Positions 7,311 to 16,433 of a stretch of 34,007 bases of DNA are shown here, piece by piece. A program made the translations under genes and the position numbers. The stretch comes from a bacterium (GTDB taxonomy: Bacteria; Hydrothermota; Tepidihabitantia; Tepidihabitantales; Tepidihabitantaceae). The stretch spans positions 1-34,007 of the forward strand of contig JAWOHG010000249.1 of assembly GCA_046485245.1 (NCBI GenBank), given 5' to 3'. The notes beneath the pieces were generated by a model that was not told where the DNA came from, made no database searches, and worked only from the letters and a program-made list of their open reading frames with translations. The number at the start of each line of letters is the position of its first letter. The stretch's first letter is position 1.

Positions 7311-10300
7311 ATGCTCAGTCTTAGTTCGATACTGGTTCTGTCAGCGCTGCTGACGGCGGCGCCGGTCGGAAACGAACCGGTGACCGCTTCTCCGCTTTCT
7401 CTGGTCGGTGCCGCAGGGGCGACCGAACTGCCGGCCTTGCGTACCGCATTCTCGCGCACATACGACCTGCACAACGGCCAGTACCTGGCCGAGGTGTTCC
7501 CGGTCAATGTCAACGAGCAGTCGCCGGGCGGACCCTGGTTCCCGGTCGACTCGGACACGACCGACTCGATGTTCCCGGCAATCTCCGACTGGTGGACCGG
7601 GCACGTGCAGAGCCAGAACACCGTCGGCACCGTGAAGCAAAACAACGACATGTACTTCCGAGGCGGCGGAGCTGCCTCGCACGACAAACGCCAGGCCTGG
7701 ATGAAGTTCGACCTGTCGGCCATCCCGGATAGTGGTGTCCTGAACGCGACCGGGCTCGTGTACTACTGCTACTCGATTGACGCGGCCGGCGGCCCCACGA
7801 CTTTCATCCGCGTGGTCAACGTCGAACCGGTCCAGGCGACCGCTGCCACCCTATGGACAGCGATAACCACGGGTGATTCGGCCTCGAGCCAGGCAAGTCA
7901 CGGCACGGGCTGGGTCCTGCGGCCTCTGAACACGACCGGCGTGACCGCGGTCCGCACAAGCCTCACCCGGAACTGGGTGTGCTTCGGCATCCACGAACCG
8001 GAGAGCGACAACAGCCGCTGGGGTCACGCTTACGGCTACTACCCGCGTTCGACCGCGCCGCGGATGTACGTGACCTACACGCCGCCGCCGCCGCCGCCGG
8101 ACATCGGCGTCACCGCGCTGCTCGCGCCGACCGGTTCGCTGGACACCGGCGCCATGGTGGTCCCGCGGGCGACGTGGCACAACAACCACACGGCGCCGTA
8201 CGGGTTCAGCGCCTGGTTCATCCTGACCAATCCATCCAACCAGCGGGTATACTCGGAGTTGGTGTCGGTCTCATCGCTGCGCGCCGGCGCGGACACGACC
8301 ATCACCTTCACCGGGTTCAACGTCGGGACGGCGTCAGGCACCTGGACCGCCAAGTGTTCGACATTTGCGTTCAGCGACACGAACTGGCGTAACGACACGC
8401 TGCAGCGGTCCTTCACCGTGTTCCCGCGCCACGCCGACATCGGGGTCGCGTCCATCGTCCAGCCGGCCGGGACCATCGACACGGGCGCGACCGTGGTGCC
8501 GCGCGCCATCTTCCATAACTATCACCCGCTGCACCCGGCCAACTTCGAGGCGTGGTTCATCCTGACTGACCCGGCAGACCAGCGGCAGTACAGCCATTCG
8601 ATATCGGTCGTCGGCCTTGCGGCCGGGGCTGACACGGCGCTGAACTTCCCGGGTTACTACTTCGGCCAGGGCATCGGCCAGTGGATTGCGCGGTGCTCGA
8701 TATACTGTGCCATCGACACGACGCCGGGTAACGATATCCGGCAGGGCACGTTCACGGTCACACCGTGGACGGTCCATTCGGACATCGGCGTGGTGCAGAT
8801 TACCGCGCCGACCGGGTGCCTGGACACCTCCGCGCCGGCCCAGCCCGCCGCCATCTGGAAGAACTACCTGACGAATGCGACCGGGTTCGAGGCCTACATG
8901 TTCGTAGCGAACCCGCGCGGGGAGCGGATCTACACCGCCTCGACCGTCGTCGCCAGCCTTGCGGCCGGGGCCGAGACCACCGTCGTGTTTCCGCTGTTCT
9001 ACATCGACACGATGCAGGGCCAGTGGTCGGTGCGGTGCTCGACGTACCTGACTTTCGACGTCGACAACAGCAACGACACTCTCAACTCATCCTTCTTCGT
9101 CTACTTCGGCGGACAGGTCCCGGCCCAGCCCGGCTGGAGCGAGATGGAGCCGATGCCGGTGGAGCCGTCGGGCAAGTCGATCAAGCACGGCGGCTGGCTG
9201 GCGTGGATGCAGTCCGACAGCAAGCTGTACGCGGGCAAGGGCAACAAGACCGCCGACTTCTACTCCTACGACGTGGCCACGAACCGCTGGGAGCGCCGGG
9301 CCCAGATACCGAGCGGCCTGTCGGGCAAGCTCCCGGCCAAGGGCGGGTACGGCTGCGCCGACGGCGAACGCTACGTCTACTTCACCAAGGGCAACAACAC
9401 GGCCGAGTTCTGGCGCTACGACATCGCCGGCGATTCGTGGAGCCAGCTGGCCGACGTGCCGCTCGGGCCGAGCAACAAGCGCGTCAAGGGCGGCAACGAC
9501 ATGGTGTTTGTCCACGGCACGGGCGATACCGGGTTCGTGTACCTGATGAAGGGTCAGAAGACCGACTTCATGCGGTTCAACACCGGCACTGGGCAGTGGG
9601 ACATCCTGTCCTCGGTGCCGATTATGGCCCGGCCCAAGGTCGACCGCGGCTCCTGGCTGGTATATGACGGCGTTGACCGGATATACGCCCACAAGGCCAA
9701 GGTCCACGAACTCTGGGCCTACCACGTCGCGGCCGATTCGTGGGGCGCGCAGCTGAGCGCGATGCCTTTCACCCGCTACACGCCCGGCAAATCGAAGAAA
9801 GCCAAGGACGGCAGTTCGGCCGCCTGGCACGACGGCGGCATCTACACGCTCAAGGGCGGCAACACGGTCGAGTTCTGGCGCTACCACACGGACGGCGATA
9901 CCTGGACCGGGCTCGACTCGATGCCTTCGTTCGGGTCCACGGCCAAGAAGCGCCGCGTCAAGGAAGGCGCGGACATCGCCGCGACCGGCGGCGACAGGTT
10001 CTACGCGCTGAAGGGCAAGAACACCCGCGAGCTCTGGCGCTACCAAAACCCTTGGACCTTCGGCGCAGCGCCCAAGCCCGCGCCGGGCGGCGTGGCGGCA
10101 GCGCCGACGTTCGCCGCAGTACCGTCGCTGTCGGCCAGCATCGCGCCGAACCCCGCGATGGGTGGCCTCACCCGGCTGTTCTACAGTCTGCCGGTGGGCG
10201 GGCGAGCCCGCGTGACGGTGCTGGATGTCACGGGCCGAATCAGGCAGAAGTACGAGTTCGCGGCGAACCGGAACGGCGCCGTCCAACTCAACGTTGCCGG

Positions 10301-10376
10301 TCTTGCCGCCGGAGTCTATCCGGTCCGGCTCGAGGCCGGCGGTGCAGCAGCGACGGTCAAGCTCATCCTCAAGTAG
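7311..10376 (+). CDS. Large secreted/surface protein: signal peptide, DNRLRE-like domain, three CARDB/Ig-like repeats, Kelch-like propeller, T9SS-like CTD (1021 aa)
   Basis: AAAGGAG RBS then MLSLSSILVLSALLTAA. QAWMKFDLSAIP...APRMYVTY. Three DIGV...PxG...W..(K/R)CS...NDxx repeats. Six K(G/A)xxx..(F/L)..(Y/F) blades. SIAPNP...VLDVTGR...LAAGVYPVRL...KLILK. Confidence 0.85.
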   Translation: MLSLSSILVLSALLTAAPVGNEPVTASPLSLVGAAGATELPALRTAFSRTYDLHNGQYLAEVFPVNVNEQSPGGPWFPVDSDTTDSMFPAISDWWTGHVQSQNTVGTVKQNNDMYFRGGGAASHDKRQAWMKFDLSAIPDSGVLNATGLVYYCYSIDAAGGPTTFIRVVNVEPVQATAATLWTAITTGDSASSQASHGTGWVLRPLNTTGVTAVRTSLTRNWVCFGIHEPESDNSRWGHAYGYYPRSTAPRMYVTYTPPPPPPDIGVTALLAPTGSLDTGAMVVPRATWHNNHTAPYGFSAWFILTNPSNQRVYSELVSVSSLRAGADTTITFTGFNVGTASGTWTAKCSTFAFSDTNWRNDTLQRSFTVFPRHADIGVASIVQPAGTIDTGATVVPRAIFHNYHPLHPANFEAWFILTDPADQRQYSHSISVVGLAAGADTALNFPGYYFGQGIGQWIARCSIYCAIDTTPGNDIRQGTFTVTPWTVHSDIGVVQITAPTGCLDTSAPAQPAAIWKNYLTNATGFEAYMFVANPRGERIYTASTVVASLAAGAETTVVFPLFYIDTMQGQWSVRCSTYLTFDVDNSNDTLNSSFFVYFGGQVPAQPGWSEMEPMPVEPSGKSIKHGGWLAWMQSDSKLYAGKGNKTADFYSYDVATNRWERRAQIPSGLSGKLPAKGGYGCADGERYVYFTKGNNTAEFWRYDIAGDSWSQLADVPLGPSNKRVKGGNDMVFVHGTGDTGFVYLMKGQKTDFMRFNTGTGQWDILSSVPIMARPKVDRGSWLVYDGVDRIYAHKAKVHELWAYHVAADSWGAQLSAMPFTRYTPGKSKKAKDGSSAAWHDGGIYTLKGGNTVEFWRYHTDGDTWTGLDSMPSFGSTAKKRRVKEGADIAATGGDRFYALKGKNTRELWRYQNPWTFGAAPKPAPGGVAAAPTFAAVPSLSASIAPNPAMGGLTRLFYSLPVGGRARVTVLDVTGRIRQKYEFAANRNGAVQLNVAGLAAGVYPVRLEAGGAAATVKLILK

Positions 10377-10395
10377 CTCCGTCACTGTCCCTGAG

Positions 10396-10427
10396 GCGGT
10401 GCGCCCTTGCCGGGCGCACCGCTTTTT
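10396..10427 (+). terminator. Rho-independent terminator
   Basis: gcggtgcgccc-ttgcc-gggcgcaccgc followed by ttttt. Confidence 0.85.
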
Positions 10428-10441
10428 GCGGCCACGTTTGC

Positions 10442-10469
10442 TTGACTGGGCAGGGGGCCGAACTAGAAT
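10442..10469 (+). promoter_or_regulatory. Sigma70-type promoter for the barrel/nucleotidase operon
   Basis: TTGACT-N16-TAGAAT just after the terminator. GGAGGA RBS at 10494-10499. Confidence 0.6.
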
Positions 10470-10504
10470 TGCCGCAAGCTCGAGGCTTTACCTGGAGGAC
10501 AATC

Positions 10505-11335
10505 TTGCAGGCACGAAGTTGTCGCTTGTATGTGTTGGTGTTTGCCTTGCTGGCTGCGCTCCCGGCGCAGGCGGCCTTCGAGGAGAATCTGTCCGGCGTC
10601 CGGGCCGACGGCCTGGCCGGCGCGTTCACGGCGGTGGCCGACGACGTGTCGGCAGTCGATTTCAACCCGGCCGGGCTCTTCCAGGTCGAGGGCGCCCAGT
10701 TCGCCGGGTTCGGCCGCCTGCTCTACGGCGGCGTCGGGGTGGGCCTGCACACGGCCCAAGCCGCGGTCTGCCTGCCGGTCAGGAGGGCGGGGACTTTCGG
10801 CCTGCGATTCCAGGAGACCGGGTTTGAACTCACGTCGCAGCGGTCGCTCAAGCTGGCGCACGGCATCCGTCTCGCCGACGGGCTGGCGGTCGGGTACGGC
10901 CTGAACGGCTACAACCTGAGCCAGGGCGGCGGATACGGCAGCGGGTTCGCGGTCGGCGTCGACGTCGGCTTCTTCGGCCGCATCTACAAGATGTGGACCG
11001 TCGGGTTCCAGGCCCACAACCTGAACGGCCCGAAGATGGGCAGTTCGAAGCTGCCCCAGGTCCTGACGTTCGGCCTCGGCTTCTCGCCGTCCCCGGGCAT
11101 CAACTCGGCGGTCGACATCAGCAAGGAGCCGGGCCTGCCGACCCGACTGTGCGTGGGCCAGGAGTTCCGGATTGTGCAGGATTACCTGACGTTGCGCGCC
11201 GGGGTCCAGACCGAGCCGGTCCGGTTCGCGGCCGGGTTCCGGACCGGGCTGCAGCAGGTTCACCTCGACTACGCGCTCAAGACCCACCCGGCGCTGCCGC
11301 TGACGCACACGCTCGGGCTGGCCGTGGAGTTCTGA
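10505..11335 (+). CDS. PorV/FadL-like outer-membrane beta-barrel protein (276 aa)
   Basis: TTG start after GGAGGA. Signal peptide ...LLAALPAQA. GVRADGLAGAFTAVADDVSAVDFNPAGL is the PorV/FadL-type N-terminal motif. Alternating beta strands and a terminal Phe (GLAVEF). The ORF-track start at 9740 is spurious. Confidence 0.8.
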   Translation: MQARSCRLYVLVFALLAALPAQAAFEENLSGVRADGLAGAFTAVADDVSAVDFNPAGLFQVEGAQFAGFGRLLYGGVGVGLHTAQAAVCLPVRRAGTFGLRFQETGFELTSQRSLKLAHGIRLADGLAVGYGLNGYNLSQGGGYGSGFAVGVDVGFFGRIYKMWTVGFQAHNLNGPKMGSSKLPQVLTFGLGFSPSPGINSAVDISKEPGLPTRLCVGQEFRIVQDYLTLRAGVQTEPVRFAAGFRTGLQQVHLDYALKTHPALPLTHTLGLAVEF

Positions 11336-11336
11336 G

Positions 11337-13751
11337 GTGGGTGTCCTGCTTCTGCTGCTGGCGGCATACAGCAGCGACAACCAGCTCGACATCAACCGGG
11401 CCACGCTGGCGCAGGTGCGGGAGCTGCCGGTCGATTCGGCGACCGCCCGGCGCATCCACGAGCGGGTCGAGTTGTTCGGCCGCCTGAACAGCGTCTATGA
11501 CCTGTTGCGCGTGCCCGGCGTGACGCCCGAGAGATTCGCCGACATCAAGCCGCTCGTCTACGTGTCCCAAGTCGCGTGGGAGGACATCCGGCTGAACAAC
11601 ATCCAACGCATCCAGCGCCGGCTGGCGTCCGAGGAAGGGCCGACCGCGGCGGCGGTCGAGCAGTGGCAGGACCTGCTGTTGACCCCGATCAACGTCAACC
11701 GGGCGTCGATTGACGACCTGCTCGTGCTGGACAACGTCTCGCTGGTCGACGCCGTGTCGGTTGCCCGCTTCACGGGCGCGGGCGGCAAGCTCAGCGGTCG
11801 GCGCGACCTGGCCGGGCAGGTGCCCGGCCTGTCCTCGTACGGCTATCGCAGCATGAGGGACTTCGTCACGTACGAGGACGCCAAGGGTTTGGCGTTCGGA
11901 GGCAACTACCGGGCGAGCTACGAGGGCGACCCGAACTGGTTCACATCCGTCGGCACGACCGAATTCGACCAGGCGCTGGCCGTGCTCGAGACGGACACTG
12001 CCCAGTTCCGCGAGGGCGGGTACACGGCTGAAGAGGTCGAGTTCTTCCGAGGGCGTCTGCTCGCATCGCGCGAGTTCCGTGGCGCGATGACCAACGAGGC
12101 GAGCGCCCGGCACCGGCTGCGCGTGCGGGCCGGCGACTACGTGCGTGCGGGCGCCTGGGCCGTGCAGAAGCTGTACACCGACCGGACGATTGACGAGTAC
12201 AAGGTGTTCGCGTCGGCGCAGAACGTCGGGCCGGTGCGCAAGGCGGTCGTCGGCGACTACCGGCTGACCTTTGCCCAGGGGCTGCTGCTGGACAATAACT
12301 CCGAGCTGATGGCGCGGGTGCACGAGCGCACGGTCGGGTTGTACAGCGACATGTCGGAGAACCCGGGGTTCGGGTTCCGGGGCGGCGCAGCCGAGCTGGG
12401 CACGGGTCGGTTCGGCCTGGTCGGGTTCTATTCGCGCAGCAAGCGTGACGCCATCCTGAACCCGGACAGCTCGGTCAACTACTACATCGTCTCGACGCCG
12501 CGCTACCCGGTGTTCCGCAACAACCTGACCGAGTCAGACTTCGGCGGCAGCGCCCGCGTCGACCTGTCCTCGCTGGGCTTTTTGCCCGTGGGCACGCGGC
12601 TCGCCTTCAACGGGCTCGCCATCAGCTATGACCGGCCGTTCCGGCCGATGGCGCGCTACCTGGATTTGCCCGGCGACGCCGACACGCTTGACGACCCGAA
12701 TTACACGGCACTGGACACCGGCACGAGCCGGCTGTACTACGGGGCGGATTTCCGCACCGTCATCGAGAACGTCTCGCTGGAGGGCGAGCTGGCAATGAAG
12801 CCGGGCACGCAGGACGAGACCTGGCGTCGATACGTCCCGGCCAGCGCAACGCCCAAGGCCCTGGTGCTGAAGGGCCGGACCCAGTTCGACTACCTGTACG
12901 TGACGGCGATGTACCGGCGGTACGACGTCGGCTACGACAACCCCTACAACCGTGGCTTCTCGGAGCAGTCGCGGTTCGAGGACACGCCGCTGGAGAAGCC
13001 GTACCGGCTCATCGACCCGGCCTTCGCCGCCTTGCAGGAGTTCCCCATGCCCAAGGCCGAAGAGGGTTTCTTCGTCGACACGCGCTACCAGATCGGCCGC
13101 CAGGTGACGTTCACCCGCGTCTACCTCGACGCCTGGCGCAACCTGGCCTGGGGAGCGGACAATGTCCGGTTCCAGGGCGAGGTGGAGTACCAGCCGGTCT
13201 ACCCGCTGCGCCTGCGGTTCAAGCAGAAGCTGCAGTCGAAGGAACTGCCCAAGCTGGCCGAGGCGACGCGCTCGTTCACCACCGAGACGTCGATCCGGGC
13301 GATGGCGAGCCTGACGAACTGGGATTACCTGACGGGTGAGGTCCGGCTGGGCAAGGTGCTGCTCACGCCGACCCTGCGCTACACCGACCAGTCGAGCATG
13401 TCGGGCGACTTCGTGGCGGTGCAGTGGGAACACAACTTCTCGGACGACCTGCACGGCGAACTGGGCATCGCCGCCTGGCTCACGCGCGGCATGTCGCAGT
13501 GGGCGTTCGAGGACGACGGGATAGACTTTCTCGACGGGCAGGGGCTGCGCTGGTATGCCGCCGTGTCCGACCGCATCTCGGACAACCTGCTGGTGTATTT
13601 CAAGGTCCGGCACAAGGTGAGCGAGTACCCGCACACCGGGCTCGGCGCGGGCGAGGGCCTGCACTACCGCGGCAGCACCGAGCCGGTGCGCGATTTCGTG
13701 ACCCGCGAGGAGGGCCTGACGATGGCCCTGCAGATAGACCTGCTCTGGTAG
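11337..13751 (+). CDS. Helix-hairpin-helix (ComEA-like) domain protein fused to a predicted outer-membrane beta-barrel
   Basis: LDINRATLAQVRELP...YDLLRVPGV and PINVNRASIDDLLVLDNVS...QVPGLS are two HhH_3-type modules. VVGDYRLTFAQGL and many amphipathic strands follow. Terminal aromatic residue (LQIDLLW). Confidence 0.8.
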   Translation: MGVLLLLLAAYSSDNQLDINRATLAQVRELPVDSATARRIHERVELFGRLNSVYDLLRVPGVTPERFADIKPLVYVSQVAWEDIRLNNIQRIQRRLASEEGPTAAAVEQWQDLLLTPINVNRASIDDLLVLDNVSLVDAVSVARFTGAGGKLSGRRDLAGQVPGLSSYGYRSMRDFVTYEDAKGLAFGGNYRASYEGDPNWFTSVGTTEFDQALAVLETDTAQFREGGYTAEEVEFFRGRLLASREFRGAMTNEASARHRLRVRAGDYVRAGAWAVQKLYTDRTIDEYKVFASAQNVGPVRKAVVGDYRLTFAQGLLLDNNSELMARVHERTVGLYSDMSENPGFGFRGGAAELGTGRFGLVGFYSRSKRDAILNPDSSVNYYIVSTPRYPVFRNNLTESDFGGSARVDLSSLGFLPVGTRLAFNGLAISYDRPFRPMARYLDLPGDADTLDDPNYTALDTGTSRLYYGADFRTVIENVSLEGELAMKPGTQDETWRRYVPASATPKALVLKGRTQFDYLYVTAMYRRYDVGYDNPYNRGFSEQSRFEDTPLEKPYRLIDPAFAALQEFPMPKAEEGFFVDTRYQIGRQVTFTRVYLDAWRNLAWGADNVRFQGEVEYQPVYPLRLRFKQKLQSKELPKLAEATRSFTTETSIRAMASLTNWDYLTGEVRLGKVLLTPTLRYTDQSSMSGDFVAVQWEHNFSDDLHGELGIAAWLTRGMSQWAFEDDGIDFLDGQGLRWYAAVSDRISDNLLVYFKVRHKVSEYPHTGLGAGEGLHYRGSTEPVRDFVTREEGLTMALQIDLLW

Positions 13752-13766
13752 AGGAGAGAACAGACG

Positions 13767-14927
13767 ATGAACTTCAAGAGAGTTGCAGTCTGCCTGGCGC
13801 TCGCGGCGAGCGCCGGCCTGGCCCAGTTGCCGGTGCGCGACTACTGGGGCGAGGAAGTCCGGTTCGCCTCGGCGCGGACCCTGGCCGCGGTCGGCACGAC
13901 CCTGCACGAGTCGAAGCCGGCCGCGCTCTTCGGCAACCCGGCGCTTTTGTGGACCGGTAACCGGGTCGCGTTCGAGCTGACTTACGGCCTGCGGGTGAGC
14001 GCCGAGCAGCGGACCCGCATCGTCTACGACAACTTCGAGAACGCGGTCGGCGAGATAGCGTTCGCGGACAACTACGGCGCGAGCGGCCTTGCCGGCCCGA
14101 TGGCAGTGGCCGGCCGGCTCGGACCGGTAACGGTCGGCGCCGGCGCGACGCCGGTGCGCGACTTCGACTACCGGTACCTCAAGGAGTACCGCGACGACTT
14201 CTACGTGAAGATCGGTGAGGACCGGGTGAGCCAGACCGGCAACCTGTACGCGGCGGGCGCGGGCGCGGCCTGGCGCCCGTTCGACTGGCTCGGCGTCGGC
14301 GCGGCAGGCAGTTACGCCTTCGGCACGCGCCGGCTGGAAGCCTGGTACATCGACGGTTACGACACCATCCATTCGCTGGAGGCCGGCAAGCCGGCGGGCC
14401 TCGGGTATTCATTCGGCCTGGCCGGCCGGCCGATGGACCGGCTGTCCCTGGCCGCCGATTTCCGCGGGCCGACCGAGCTGGCCGACTGGCGCAGCGGCGA
14501 CAGCGTCCTTGCGGCCGAGTCGCGCACGCTCCCGGCCTCGGGCGGGCTGTCGCTGGCTTACCGCGCGCCGGGCAGCCTGCCGTCCACGGTCACGGCCGAG
14601 GGGCGCTACGCGCTCTGGTCCGCAGCCGACTCGACCTACAAGAACACGCTCCAGTTGCGGGCCGGGGTCGAGCACACGCTGCTCAATCTCGTCCGCCTGC
14701 GCTACGGTTTCGGAGTCGAACCGCTGGCCGCCAACCCGTCGGTGCAAGCCGTGGATGTCGGTCTCGGCGTCGGCTTCGATGCCGGCGTCGCACAGATCGA
14801 CGTCGGCCTGATGCACGCGCGCAGCATCATCGGTCCGGGCGATTTCACGGTGCCACTGGCCGGGGATGACGTGAAGGTCTATGAAAACCGCACGGCGATT
14901 GCCGTCACATTCAGCCGTGGCTTCTAG
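13767..14927 (+). CDS. FadL-like outer-membrane beta-barrel protein
   Basis: GAGGAG RBS. Signal peptide MNFKRVAVCLALAASAGLA. SARTLAAVG...ALFGNPALL motif, LRAGVEH, LRYGF, terminal Phe (VTFSRGF). Confidence 0.75.
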   Translation: MNFKRVAVCLALAASAGLAQLPVRDYWGEEVRFASARTLAAVGTTLHESKPAALFGNPALLWTGNRVAFELTYGLRVSAEQRTRIVYDNFENAVGEIAFADNYGASGLAGPMAVAGRLGPVTVGAGATPVRDFDYRYLKEYRDDFYVKIGEDRVSQTGNLYAAGAGAAWRPFDWLGVGAAGSYAFGTRRLEAWYIDGYDTIHSLEAGKPAGLGYSFGLAGRPMDRLSLAADFRGPTELADWRSGDSVLAAESRTLPASGGLSLAYRAPGSLPSTVTAEGRYALWSAADSTYKNTLQLRAGVEHTLLNLVRLRYGFGVEPLAANPSVQAVDVGLGVGFDAGVAQIDVGLMHARSIIGPGDFTVPLAGDDVKVYENRTAIAVTFSRGF

Positions 14928-16431
14928 GCTGCTGCTGACTCTGCTGGTCGCGGCCTTGCCGGCCGGGGCTGCAATCCAGCATCTCTACATCGTCCACACC
15001 AACGACATCCACGGCGCGCTCCTCCCCGGCGAGGCGTTCTGGATGAACCGCAACTTCCCGCCCCCGCTGGCCAATGCGCCCGGCGCGCTGACGGTCATCC
15101 GCGACCTGCGCGAGGAAGCGGCGAGCAAGGGCTATGGCTTCCTGCTGCTCGACGGCGGGGACGTGTTCAAGGGCGAGCCGATCGGCGACTTTACCAGGGG
15201 GCAGGCGGTAATCGACTACTTCGAGCGGGCCGGGTACGATGCGGTGGCGGTCGGCAACCACGATTTCGACTTCGGCTGGCCCGTGCTCAAGGCGATGGCG
15301 GACAGCTCGAGCATGCCGTGGATATGCTCGAACGCGAAGGTCACGGGAACCGACACCGCCCCCGGCTTCCTGCGGTCGAGCGCGGTGTTCGAGCGCGGCG
15401 GGCTGAAGGTCGGCGTGTTCGGCGTCATCACCAAGTACCTCAGCGGCATGGTCAGCGACTCGGCGCGCGGCGACCTCGACATCCTGCCCTACGAGGACGT
15501 CGTGCGGCGCGAGCTGGCGGAACTGCGGCGGCAGGGCGCCGACATCACAGTCGCGCTGAACCACGTCGGTCACCGGCACGACCAGCGGCTGGCCGATTCG
15601 ATCCGCGGCATCGACGTCATCGTCGGGTCGCACAGCCACACCGGCGTGCGGCCACCCTACGAGGCCCCGTCCAGCCATACGATCATCCAGCAGGCGTACA
15701 GCAAGCTGACGTCGGTCGGGTTCCTTGACATCAGCTTCGACACCGAGACCCGCCAGGTCGTCGGCTACGAGGGCAAGCTGATCGACCTGCAGGGCGAGGC
15801 CATACCCAAGGATTACGAGTACCTCGCGCAGCTTGACTCGGTGCGTGTCATCGCCGAGCAGGGCTATGACGAGGTCCTCGGCTACTCGAAGCGTGAGCTG
15901 ACCCGCGGCGGTGCCGCCGAGAACCCGGCCGGCAACCTCATTACCGACGCCCTGCGCGAGGAGTTCGGCGCCGACATCGCATTCCATAACTCGGCCGGCA
16001 TCCGGGCCAACATCCCGGAGGGCGAGGTCACGTACCGGGATGTTTACAAGGTGGACATCTTCAACAACACGGCGGTCGTCGGGTTGTTCACCGGGCGGCA
16101 GATACGCGAGATATGCGAGGTGTCGATCAACGGACACCACGCGATATTCCAGGTTTCGGGCATGAAGATGGTCTACACCCAGGCGAAGCCCATCGGCCAG
16201 CGGGTGATTTCCGTCGAAGTCAACGGCGCACCGCTGGAGCCGGACCGCAAGTACAAGGTCGTCACCAATTCGTTCCTCGCCTCGGGCACGGGCGAGTACG
16301 GCGTGTTCACCGAGGGCGAAGACATCGAGGATTCCTACCTGCCCCTGCGGGACGTCATCGCCCGCTACATCCGGCGCCACTCGCCGGTCGATGCCCGCGT
16401 CGAGGGGCGCATAGTGCTCGTCGACCGCTAG
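14917..16431 (+). CDS. Secreted bifunctional 5'-nucleotidase/UDP-sugar hydrolase (UshA family)
   Basis: GTG start overlaps the upstream stop. Signal peptide. HTNDIHG, DGGD, GNHDFD, GSHSH; C-domain GNLITDA, NSAGIRA, QVSG, VTNSFLASG. Confidence 0.92.
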   Translation: MASRLLLTLLVAALPAGAAIQHLYIVHTNDIHGALLPGEAFWMNRNFPPPLANAPGALTVIRDLREEAASKGYGFLLLDGGDVFKGEPIGDFTRGQAVIDYFERAGYDAVAVGNHDFDFGWPVLKAMADSSSMPWICSNAKVTGTDTAPGFLRSSAVFERGGLKVGVFGVITKYLSGMVSDSARGDLDILPYEDVVRRELAELRRQGADITVALNHVGHRHDQRLADSIRGIDVIVGSHSHTGVRPPYEAPSSHTIIQQAYSKLTSVGFLDISFDTETRQVVGYEGKLIDLQGEAIPKDYEYLAQLDSVRVIAEQGYDEVLGYSKRELTRGGAAENPAGNLITDALREEFGADIAFHNSAGIRANIPEGEVTYRDVYKVDIFNNTAVVGLFTGRQIREICEVSINGHHAIFQVSGMKMVYTQAKPIGQRVISVEVNGAPLEPDRKYKVVTNSFLASGTGEYGVFTEGEDIEDSYLPLRDVIARYIRRHSPVDARVEGRIVLVDR

Positions 16432-16433
16432 CC

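Noticed and set aside
9740-10504. N-terminal extension of the 531-aa ORF
   Set aside because: It overlaps the real upstream gene, a terminator and a promoter. RBS and signal peptide point to TTG 10505.
12534-14372. Long antisense or alternate-frame ORFs (also 4151-5599, 9087-10385, 14911-16380, 17172-18662, 19450-20661, 24023-25396, 31376-32605)
   Set aside because: Shadow ORFs expected in high-GC DNA. They lie opposite well-supported genes and show no motifs.
16113-16433. N-terminal extension of the recJ-like ORF
   Set aside because: Out-of-frame overlap with the nucleotidase C-terminus. RecJ-like sequence begins near 16434.
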